From an uncultured Eubacteriales bacterium (GTDB lineage: Bacteria; Actinomycetota; Coriobacteriia; Anaerosomatales; CAVXGS01), in assembly GCA_964354945.1 (NCBI GenBank), contig CAYHCN010000001.1:1-27076 (forward strand): a stretch of 27,076 bases of DNA, in the 5' to 3' direction. The stretch's first letter is position 1, and each line of letters starts with the position of its first letter. The position numbers were made by a program, and so were the translations under genes. The notes under the pieces were generated by a model. The model had not been told where the DNA came from. It saw nothing but the letters and a program-made list of their open reading frames with translations, and did no database searches. Positions 9,337-17,151 of the stretch are shown piece after piece.

Positions 9337-9788
9337 CGCTCGATGTCCTCGGGGCGAAGGGTGCCACCGGGTCCCTCGTGACCGTGCTGCTTGTGGGCCT
9401 TGCCGGCGTCACGCAGGATGATCGCCTTGCTGACCACGCTGAGCTCGGCGCGAAGCGGCTTGTTGCCGATGTGCCGCAGGTACGTCTCGTACAGCAGTGA
9501 CTGGGCCTGGTCCCAGGTGGCCTCGTTCCGGAAGAGGCGCCGGCCCTCGAGAATGGCATAGGTGACCTCGGCCGAGCCGCTGAGAGGGCGCAGGCGCATC
9601 ACGCGGCGTGCGGCGTACGCCCGAGTTGCCAGGGGTAAGCGGCCGTTCGTGGCGATCGCGGTCTCCTGGGCGACGAACATCCCGACTGCAGCGACGGCCG
9701 CGATCAGGGCCATCGTCACCAGAGCGAGTGCGATTTGAATCCGCCTCCGCTCGTCACTCGTGCCCTCGAGTTCGTCGTCAGGTTTCAC
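9333..9788 (-). CDS. Hypothetical membrane-anchored protein, translationally coupled to EamA
   Basis: GTG start after a GGTGA RBS, one TM (IQIALALVTMALIAAVAAVGMFVA) and a helical C-terminal region. GTGA overlap with eamA. Confidence 0.55.
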   Translation of the reverse strand: MKPDDELEGTSDERRRIQIALALVTMALIAAVAAVGMFVAQETAIATNGRLPLATRAYAARRVMRLRPLSGSAEVTYAILEGRRLFRNEATWDQAQSLLYETYLRHIGNKPLRAELSVVSKAIILRDAGKAHKQHGHEGPGGTLRPEDIER

Positions 9789-9947
9789 AATCGTTTCACC
9801 ATCTGCTGCCGGGCCGCTGGTACATTCGATTCGACGCCTGCCTCCCTTGGCGTCAACGCCGGGCCCGAGTTGGGGGTACGCGCCCCGGCTCGGGCCTGTT
9901 GTGGTCAGAGAGCAATAGTCGCATACCCCGGGAGGGGCCGCTGAGGC

Positions 9948-10382
9948 ATGAGCTACGAATCCGCGCCTCGCCCCGCCCTCACCGCCGACACCGTCGTCAT
10001 CGCAGGACCCGACGACGGTCGGCACGTGCTCCTCGTCAAGCGCGGTCGGCCTCCCTTCGCCGGGTCGTGGGCGCTTCCGGGGGGCTTCCTCAACAAGGGC
10101 GAGGTGCCCGAGCACGCCGCCCGACGGGAGCTTGCCGAGGAGACTTCGCTCGATCTGCCCGTCCCGCTGGCACTCGTCGGGGTGTACGGAGAGCCGGGAC
10201 GCGACCCGCGCGGGTGGACGGTCAGCGTCGCGTACGCCGCCGACGCGGGCAGAGAGCTCCCCGAGGTTCGCGGTGACGACGATGCGTCCGCGGCTGCGTG
10301 GCACCCCCTCTCGGCACTACCGCACCTCGCCTTCGACCACGACCGCATCCTGGCCGATGCGCTCACCCAGTTGGGGATCTAG
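9948..10382 (+). CDS. Nudix hydrolase (ADP-ribose pyrophosphatase/NrtR-N-like)
   Basis: Nudix box GGFLNKGEVPEHAARRELAEETSL, plus GRDPR and LAFDH motifs. Confidence 0.9.
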   Translation: MSYESAPRPALTADTVVIAGPDDGRHVLLVKRGRPPFAGSWALPGGFLNKGEVPEHAARRELAEETSLDLPVPLALVGVYGEPGRDPRGWTVSVAYAADAGRELPEVRGDDDASAAAWHPLSALPHLAFDHDRILADALTQLGI

Positions 10383-10482
10383 CGGCGGACCCTCGATTGC
10401 TTGCCCCGGCTGTGCGAAAGTTGCACCGCGACTACCCGCGTTGCGCAGCGTGACAACAGCCGTCGAGCCCGAGGGGAAGTGC

Positions 10483-10890
10483 GTGTACTTCGGCCTCATG
10501 CGCATAAGCCAGTATCCGTTCGTGCCGCTTGGTACGACGATCGTCCTGCTGTGGTCCGTACTCCTGGGTGTCGTGTACGCCGTGGGATCGGTCAAAGGCG
10601 GGCGCGCGGCACTGCGCTACTTCCGCGTCGTCGTGTGGACCGGTGCCGGGGCGCTCGTCGCCACCTGCGTGTGGGCTCTGGCCACCGGCCAGTGGCAGCG
10701 CTTTCTCGGCGAGTACGGCTGGCAGCCCGTGCTCGAGATGCTGCTCGGTGCGGCGCTGCTGCTCTTTGTGATGGTGTGGATGGGCATGACATACGTAGCG
10801 ACGAAGCTCCGCGACGAGGCCGCCTCGGGCGCCGATGCCGGAGGCTTGCACGAAGGCACGGCAGACCGGGAAGGTGGGAGTGATGCCTGA
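10483..10890 (+). CDS. Hypothetical membrane protein (about 3 TM) overlapping the metH start
   Basis: GTG start 6 nt after GAGGGG and three hydrophobic segments. The stop overlaps the metH ATG (ATGCCTGA). Confidence 0.65.
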   Translation: MYFGLMRISQYPFVPLGTTIVLLWSVLLGVVYAVGSVKGGRAALRYFRVVVWTGAGALVATCVWALATGQWQRFLGEYGWQPVLEMLLGAALLLFVMVWMGMTYVATKLRDEAASGADAGGLHEGTADREGGSDA

Positions 10891-13327
10891 CGTCCTCGAA
10901 AGGCTCGGTCGCGAGACCCTGATCCTCGAGGGTGCCATGGGCACCATGCTGCAGCGCGCGGGAATGCTCCCCGGCACGTGCCCCGAGATGCTGAACGTAA
11001 CCGCTCCCGAGATGGTCGGCGACGTCCATCGCCTCTACCGCCTCGCAGGCGCAGACTGCACCACCGCCAACAGCTTCGGCGGCTCGCGGCCCAAGCTTGC
11101 GGAGCACGGCTACGGCGACCGGGTCGAGGAGTACAACCGCGCCGCGGTGCGGGTGGCCAAGCGGTGGGGCGCCCCGCATATACTCGCCGACGTCGGACCC
11201 ACCGGACTCGTGCTCGAGCCGCTCGGCGAGGCGACGTTCGACGAGGTCTTCGATATCTTCGCCGAGCAGGTCGCCGCCCTTGCTGCCGAGAACCCTGACG
11301 CGATCTTCTTCGAGACCTTCACGGACATCGCCGAAGTGCGCTGCGGCATCCTTGCCGCCCGCTCGGTGACCGATGTGCCGGTGTTCGCCAGCGTGACCTT
11401 CGGCGCGAACGGACGGATGGACCTCTCGGGCACCGGTCCGGCCACCGCGGCGGTGATCCTGGAAGCGGCGGGGGTCTCCGCGGTCGGAATGAACTGCGGC
11501 CTCGGGCCGGAGCAGATGGTGCCGCTGGTCCGGGAGATGGCCTCGGCAACGAACCTTCCCGTCATCGTGCAGCCCAATGCGGGGATGCCTCGCCTCGATG
11601 AAGAGGGGCACACGGTGTTCCCTGGCAGCCCCGAGGACCTCGAAGCGGCAGCACGGCTGTACATCGAGGCGGGAGCGGCGGCGGTGGGCGGCTGCTGCGG
11701 TACCACGCCGGCCTACATCGCTGCGCTGCTCGACGCGGTGGGCGACCGGCGGGTACACCTCCACGGCCCTTCCGAGCCCCGCTGCGTCATCGCCGGCCCG
11801 CGCTGCCACCGGATCATCGGCGGCGGGGCGCCGATCGCGGCGGTCGGGGAGCGCATCAACCCCACCGGCAAGCCCGCTCTCGCCGACTCGCTTCGCGAGG
11901 GCTCGATGAGCGTGGTTCGGGCGTTCGGCGTGGACCAAGAGCACGCGGGGGCGGACGCCCTCGACGTCAACGTCGGAGCCGCGGGCATCGATGGGCCGAC
12001 CGTCCTTCCGGTCGCCGTCAACGCGCTGGTCGCCTCGGTGGGCCTGCCGCTCGTGCTCGACACGACCGACCCGGACGCGCTCGAGGCAGCCCTGCGGGTG
12101 TACCCCGGTCGAGCACTCATCAACAGCGTCAACGGCGTCGAGTCGTCGATGGACTCGGTGCTTCCACTCGCGGCGCGCTATGGCGCAGCTGTGGTGGTCC
12201 TCGCCCTCGACGACGACGGGATCCCCGGGACAGTGGAGGGACGCCTGGCCATCGTGGAGCGCGTCATGCACCGAGCACGTGCCGCGGGCCTGGCCGACGA
12301 GGACCTTGTGGTCGACGGCCTGGTGATGACCGCCGCCGCCGAGCCCGACGCGCCGAGAACAACGCTCGGCGTCGTGGCAGGGGCGAAGGAGATGGGGCTG
12401 CGCACGCTGCTCGGCGTGAGCAACGTGAGCCACGGTCTGCCGATGCGACCGCTCCTGAACGCCGCATTCGTGACCGCCGCTGCGGTCCACGGCCTCGACG
12501 CCGCGATCGTGAACCCCAATGACCTCGTGGTCATGGAGGCGCTGCGCACTGCGAACGCGGACCGTGCCAGCGGTGAGGTGCCGTCGATCGAGCAGGCGTG
12601 GAGGCTGTGGGATTCGGCGTTCGACGCGGCGATGGCGGCCACGCAGGGCGGCGGGGAGATCGAGACGGCCGTCGGGGAAGCAGCGACGGAGCAGGGCGCC
12701 GCGGATCGCCTGATGGCGGCTGTCGCACGCGGCGACGCCGACGGCGCACCGGCACTCGTAGACGCAGTGATCGAGTCGGGAATGCCGGCGACCGACGTCA
12801 TCCCCGAGGTGCTCACGCCCGCGATCCAGACCCTCGGCGACGCGTACGGCCGTGGTGAGGTGTTCCTACCCCAGCTCATCGTCTCGGCTGAGGCGATGAA
12901 GGCCGCTGTCACGCGCGCAAAGACCCACCTGCCCGGATCGACCGGATTCGAGCAAGGGAGGGTCGTCTTCGCCACAGTGCAGGGAGACATCCATTCCATC
13001 GGCAAGGACATCTGCGTGTCGCTGCTCGAGAGCCAGGGGTTCGAGGTCACCGACCTCGGCGTCGACGTGGCACCCGGCACGATCTCAAGGTCGGCGATGG
13101 ATGCCGATGCGGTGTGCCTCTCGGCGCTGATGACGACGACGCTCCGCGCGATGTCCGAGACGATCGACGCGGTTCAGCGCTCAAGGCCCGACCTGCCCGT
13201 TCTCGTCGGGGGTGCGGTCGTGACCCGGGAGTGGGCCGAGAGCGTCGGCGCCGGGTATGCCGACGACGCGCCAGGGTGCGTCCGCGAGGTGCGCGCGGCT
13301 ATCGAGTTGAAGCGCGACGGGGGGTAG
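10883..13327 (+). CDS. metH: Cobalamin-dependent methionine synthase lacking the C-terminal AdoMet reactivation domain
   Basis: Hcy domain (LEGAMGTMLQ, GMNC, GGCCGTTP), pterin domain (GERINPTGK, DVNVG, LINSV, GVSNVSHG), B12 cap and B12-binding domain (GDIHSIG, LSALMTTT, GGA). The stop follows directly. Confidence 0.92.
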   Translation: MPDVLERLGRETLILEGAMGTMLQRAGMLPGTCPEMLNVTAPEMVGDVHRLYRLAGADCTTANSFGGSRPKLAEHGYGDRVEEYNRAAVRVAKRWGAPHILADVGPTGLVLEPLGEATFDEVFDIFAEQVAALAAENPDAIFFETFTDIAEVRCGILAARSVTDVPVFASVTFGANGRMDLSGTGPATAAVILEAAGVSAVGMNCGLGPEQMVPLVREMASATNLPVIVQPNAGMPRLDEEGHTVFPGSPEDLEAAARLYIEAGAAAVGGCCGTTPAYIAALLDAVGDRRVHLHGPSEPRCVIAGPRCHRIIGGGAPIAAVGERINPTGKPALADSLREGSMSVVRAFGVDQEHAGADALDVNVGAAGIDGPTVLPVAVNALVASVGLPLVLDTTDPDALEAALRVYPGRALINSVNGVESSMDSVLPLAARYGAAVVVLALDDDGIPGTVEGRLAIVERVMHRARAAGLADEDLVVDGLVMTAAAEPDAPRTTLGVVAGAKEMGLRTLLGVSNVSHGLPMRPLLNAAFVTAAAVHGLDAAIVNPNDLVVMEALRTANADRASGEVPSIEQAWRLWDSAFDAAMAATQGGGEIETAVGEAATEQGAADRLMAAVARGDADGAPALVDAVIESGMPATDVIPEVLTPAIQTLGDAYGRGEVFLPQLIVSAEAMKAAVTRAKTHLPGSTGFEQGRVVFATVQGDIHSIGKDICVSLLESQGFEVTDLGVDVAPGTISRSAMDADAVCLSALMTTTLRAMSETIDAVQRSRPDLPVLVGGAVVTREWAESVGAGYADDAPGCVREVRAAIELKRDGG

Positions 13328-13391
13328 TGCCGTCCGTGGGCTCGTGACTGGCCGTTGCCGTGCGTGACCGCGTGCAGGACGGTGGCGGCGC

Positions 13392-16163
13392 CTACTCTGA
13401 GACAGCAGTGTAGGTCACCGTCGTCGCATAGTGGCCCGACTCGAACGTCCAGGGCGCGACGAACAGGAAGTCGAAGTCATACTGGTGTCCCCACCGGTAC
13501 CTGCTGCCGACGGCCGAGTCCAGGACCACGGGCGCCTCGGTGAACGGCTGCGACGGGGCGCTCGCGAATCCTCTCATCGTGTAGCTCAGTGCACTGGCGG
13601 GCAGCGTCGGCATGGTCGAGCCGACATCCACGTTCGTGAAGTCCTGCGCGCTGCACAAGAGGCTATACCCCCCGGTGCCGACACCGCCAACCGTCACCAC
13701 TGCAGCGTCGGTCACGGCGGAGGAGCCACCAGGATCGACGTCGCCCATGTCCACCGAGGGCGTGCTCACCGAGACCCACAGGGCCGCGAGGGGGACTGTC
13801 TCGCTCGCCCCGAAACTGGACAACGACTCGTTGCCCGCGACGTCGAACGCGCTCACCTCGTAGAGGTAGGTGCCGCCGGCAGTAAGGCCGGTATCGACGA
13901 ACGTCGTGCCGGAGGTGGTGCCGACGAGCGTGCCGTCGCGGTAGATCCCGTACCGCGCTACCCCGGAGACGTTGTCTGCAGAAGGGCTCCAGCTCAGCTC
14001 GACAGAACTCGTGCTCACGGCGTTCGCCGCGAGATCGAACGGCACGGAGGGCGGTTGGGTGTCGATGCGGGCGAGCACGGTCTTGGTCGCCTCCACATGG
14101 CCGGCGGCGTCGGCGGAGCGGTATAGCAGTGTGCTGGTTCCCTCGGTCGATACAACGAACGGGCCGGTGTACGCGGACCACGGGCTCCCGTTCAGCGAGT
14201 ACTCCGTGTAGCTGACTACGCCGGCATCGACGGCTGTGAGGGTCACGCCGAGCGCGGTCGTGCTCCACCCCGCCGGCACGTTGTCGGTGGTGACGGGGGC
14301 GGTGGTGTCGATCAGGAACGGCCCGAGCGCCCTCGGGGAGGACCAGTTGCCCGCCACGTCCACCGTGTGCAGGTTGAAGTACCACGTGCCGTCGGCAAGC
14401 CCCGTGGTGGTGCTGGTGGAGAGGGTCGTCGTCGTGGTCGTGGTGAAGCCCAGAACGTTGATGTCGTCCCAGTCCGCGTACTCGGTGGCGGCGTTCACCG
14501 ACCCCGAGAACCGCACGCGCACCGTTCCTCCCGCGGGCAGGTTGAAGGAACGTTGGGTCCACGCCGACGCGGTTGTCAGGTTCTGCAGCTGGATGTAGTT
14601 GGCCCCGCCGTCGGTGGAGTACTCCACGCGGGCGTAGTCCGTGCCTCCCGCGAGCGCGGAGACGTTGTCCCAGAACGTTAGCGTGGCACTCGTGAATCCG
14701 GCGAGATCGTAGTCCCGGTAGAAGTCCACCGTCCGACGGGTCGTGTTGTTGGCCCAGATCTCCGCCGCATAGGTGCCGTGGTTGCGGCCGGCTGCGTTGG
14801 TCAGCCTCACGTAGGCGGTGCTCGACCTGGTCCACGCTGGCGGCCAGGTGGCGTTGGGGAACGTCTGGCTGTCGACGGTCGTGGTGGCGGTCGTCGTGGT
14901 CGTCGTCGCGATCGACGGGTCCGGAACGGTGTCGGGCGTGCTCGTCGAGCCCCGGCTCCAGGCGTACGAGAAGCCTCGGACGCCCGTGCACGTGTCAGTC
15001 GCGCCTGCCGAGGCCACCGTGACCGTGCTGCTTGCCGACCACGTCCCCGTGGTGTGGGTCGGACTCGTCAGCGTGGGATTGACAGGCGGCGTTGTGTCGG
15101 TGACGACGATGGTCTGCGTCGCAGTAGTCACCGCGGCTCGGTCGTCGGTGGCAGTCCAGAGCACGCTCGTCGTGCCGAGCGGAAGCGGGGACGGACGGTT
15201 GTTGGTGAAGCTGACGATCGTGCCGTCGGGGTCGGTGGCGGTGGCGTCGCCCGACCCGGTGTACCCCGTGTAGCTGTTGGGGGCGTTGCCCTCGAGCACG
15301 CGGTTGACCACGCTGACCTGCGGAGGGACGTTCGGTGCGGCGCCACTGCGCACCTGCCACACGTAGCGGCCGAGTTGCCCGCCTGCATTCATCGAGTTCT
15401 GGATGAGCGATGTCGCCGAGGGCGATGAGTCCAGCAGGGTGCTCGCGCTGCCTTGGGGTGTGCCCGACCCAGGCAACTCGAAGCCGGTTCCCGCCCGGCC
15501 CCAACCTGCCCGGGCCCGGTAGGTCGAGGCCGCGGTGGCGATGTCCCACGCGACCTGGTCGTAGTTGAACATGAAGTCGAAGTTGCCGGCGCCCGTGTCC
15601 GAGCGGTCGACGATGACCAGCTGGAACGAGTTGGTCGGAGAAGACTGGTTGTTGTACGACGCGACACCGACCCAGTTGACGAAGAACGCATTGTGCCCGT
15701 TGACCTGCGGCACGCTTCCAGTAGTCGTGCTGTAGGTCACTTGCGCGGCGGCGGTGTTGCGGGTGTCCACGTCGGCCCACAGAGGGGCCATGATGCTTCG
15801 GTTGGTGGCGGCGAGGGTGGTGTTGGGGTTGTACCCGGTGAATCCGGACCCGAATGTGCAATTGCCGTTCATGTTGACGTAGATCTGGGTGTAGTTCGTG
15901 CCGTTCCAGTTCATCGTGAACGGCAAGTTGACGATCAGGTTGCTGGTATCGTCTCCGCGCGCGATGACGTTGGTGTTGTACCCGGTGGGGGTGAGGATCG
16001 CATTGGGCCCGGCAGCAGAAACGGGCTGAGGCGTCGAGAACACGCCGGCGAAGATGACGAGGACCGCAGCGGCGAGCACGCGACAGCACGACCACACAGC
16101 CAGGCCTCCGACCCGGCTGCCGCCACCCACCCCGACCCGCGTGGGCACGTCTTTTCGACTCAT
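13392..16163 (-). CDS. Large secreted adhesin-like protein: nidogen-like (NIDO), HYR/Ig, inserted jelly-roll, Ig, Fn3 and C-terminal WxL/pilin-like domains
   Basis: ATG at 16163 with GGAG upstream and a signal peptide ending PVSA. NIDO motifs LPFTMNWNG..Y.QIYVNMNG, APLWADVDTR, NSFQLVIVDRSD and GRYVWQV. HYR-like ATATD..G..PLGTTSVLWTATD. Fn3 LSWSPSADN..Y.IYRDG..Y.YEVSAFD.AGNES. Confidence 0.85.
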   Translation of the reverse strand: MSRKDVPTRVGVGGGSRVGGLAVWSCCRVLAAAVLVIFAGVFSTPQPVSAAGPNAILTPTGYNTNVIARGDDTSNLIVNLPFTMNWNGTNYTQIYVNMNGNCTFGSGFTGYNPNTTLAATNRSIMAPLWADVDTRNTAAAQVTYSTTTGSVPQVNGHNAFFVNWVGVASYNNQSSPTNSFQLVIVDRSDTGAGNFDFMFNYDQVAWDIATAASTYRARAGWGRAGTGFELPGSGTPQGSASTLLDSSPSATSLIQNSMNAGGQLGRYVWQVRSGAAPNVPPQVSVVNRVLEGNAPNSYTGYTGSGDATATDPDGTIVSFTNNRPSPLPLGTTSVLWTATDDRAAVTTATQTIVVTDTTPPVNPTLTSPTHTTGTWSASSTVTVASAGATDTCTGVRGFSYAWSRGSTSTPDTVPDPSIATTTTTTATTTVDSQTFPNATWPPAWTRSSTAYVRLTNAAGRNHGTYAAEIWANNTTRRTVDFYRDYDLAGFTSATLTFWDNVSALAGGTDYARVEYSTDGGANYIQLQNLTTASAWTQRSFNLPAGGTVRVRFSGSVNAATEYADWDDINVLGFTTTTTTTLSTSTTTGLADGTWYFNLHTVDVAGNWSSPRALGPFLIDTTAPVTTDNVPAGWSTTALGVTLTAVDAGVVSYTEYSLNGSPWSAYTGPFVVSTEGTSTLLYRSADAAGHVEATKTVLARIDTQPPSVPFDLAANAVSTSSVELSWSPSADNVSGVARYGIYRDGTLVGTTSGTTFVDTGLTAGGTYLYEVSAFDVAGNESLSSFGASETVPLAALWVSVSTPSVDMGDVDPGGSSAVTDAAVVTVGGVGTGGYSLLCSAQDFTNVDVGSTMPTLPASALSYTMRGFASAPSQPFTEAPVVLDSAVGSRYRWGHQYDFDFLFVAPWTFESGHYATTVTYTAVSE

Positions 16164-16332
16164 GCCACTCCGGCTCCGACGCATGCTGCGTTCTCGTGCC
16201 CTTCGCCTACACCGCAGAAGCAATCCGGCGCGAAGGTCCGACTACTGTATCGACGTGCGGAAGCCACCAAGAAAGCCCGACGGACTGGAGTGCTGGACAG
16301 GAAATGAGCCTCGCCGCACCGCGACGAAACGT

Positions 16333-16561
16333 CCCTGACCCGCGTGCCAGAACGTCTCGATGCAACCTACCACGCATTCCGCTTGGTTTGAAGCCCTGGT
16401 CAGGGTGCCGTGAGCTCGGCGGACGGTCAAACCCAGCGCGCGGACAGATCGCCGGCACCCGCGTCTCCTGGAGAAGGCACTAAACCCCCGCCCGGAACTG
16501 ACGATAAACCAATCGAGACGACCGGCCTCAGCGCCCTCGTCGACAAGGCGTGAGTTCAGTT
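16333..16561 (+). ncRNA. Candidate structured cis-regulatory leader RNA (family unassigned)
   Basis: Nested stems at 16353-16361/16512-16520, 16383-16390/16505-16512 and 16403-16410/16453-16460. A competing stem is at 16333-16340/16398-16405. A downstream hairpin at 16527-16554 is followed by TTCAGTT. Confidence 0.4.
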
Positions 16562-16585
16562 GGCGCGTACGGGGATGGAGACGGC

Positions 16586-17026
16586 ATGAAGACGAGAATC
16601 GTTCTTTTCGCACTAGTCGCAGTTGTTCTTGTACTTGCGTTCGCTTCACAGGCGTTTGCGGCCACCGACAACATCGTGATCACCGCTACGGTCAACTCGA
16701 AGATCACGGTGACGACCGGTGCCGACTACGACTTCGGCACGTTCGATCCGGACGCTGCCGATCCGGCGCCGTATGTGGCCCCGGTCAACGTCCGCTCGAA
16801 CGTCGCGTACACGATGGCTCGCTCGGCGACCGGCAACATGTGGACGACCAACATGCTGTCGATCAACACCCCGGCGGGCATGGACGGCAGCACGCTCAAC
16901 CCTAAGGCCCCGAGTGCCGCGGGCTTCAACTGGGCCCAGACCTATACCCTGGACCTGACCCCCGCGGGCGCTTGGATGGACCCGGGTCTCTACACGGCCG
17001 ACGTGCTCTACACCGCGCTGCCGTAG
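16586..17026 (+). CDS. Small secreted single-domain protein, WxL/pilin-subunit-like
   Basis: GGAG RBS and a 25-aa signal peptide ending AFA. The mature chain is beta-rich with DFG.FDP and a terminal GLYTADVLYTAL. No LPXTG motif and no TM. Confidence 0.85.
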   Translation: MKTRIVLFALVAVVLVLAFASQAFAATDNIVITATVNSKITVTTGADYDFGTFDPDAADPAPYVAPVNVRSNVAYTMARSATGNMWTTNMLSINTPAGMDGSTLNPKAPSAAGFNWAQTYTLDLTPAGAWMDPGLYTADVLYTALP

Positions 17027-17055
17027 CCGTCCACGAATCCACACCAGCGTGAAGC

Positions 17056-17086
17056 CAAGGGCCCCGGCACACCGCCGGGGCCCTTG
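17056..17086. terminator. Bidirectional hairpin terminator between convergent genes
   Basis: Perfect 13-bp stem CAAGGGCCCCGGC / GCCGGGGCCCTTG with a 5-nt loop. Confidence 0.75.
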
Positions 17087-17151
17087 CACATCTTGGGGGG
17101 AGGGGTAGGGCTCGGGACCCGTAGCGGTCGTCCCGCGAAGGAGCGAGGCCG

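Noticed and set aside
13339-13390. CTCGTGACTGGC resembling the 5' end of a ZMP/ZTP riboswitch
   Set aside because: It lacks GTGG..CCAC, GGGGAGC and the CGCCTGGGC pseudoknot strand, and it lies between convergent stops.
16334-16350. Sigma54-like CTGGCACG on the minus strand
   Set aside because: The -12 position reads TCAG, not TTGC.
16453-16510. SAM-I, M-box, TPP, c-di-AMP or hammerhead (CTGACGA) assignment for the leader RNA
   Set aside because: Only isolated fragments match. The required partner motifs or their order are missing, so it was left unassigned.
16224-17151. Invertible segment carrying the small subunit gene
   Set aside because: No flanking inverted repeats were found by eye, and no recombinase is in the window.
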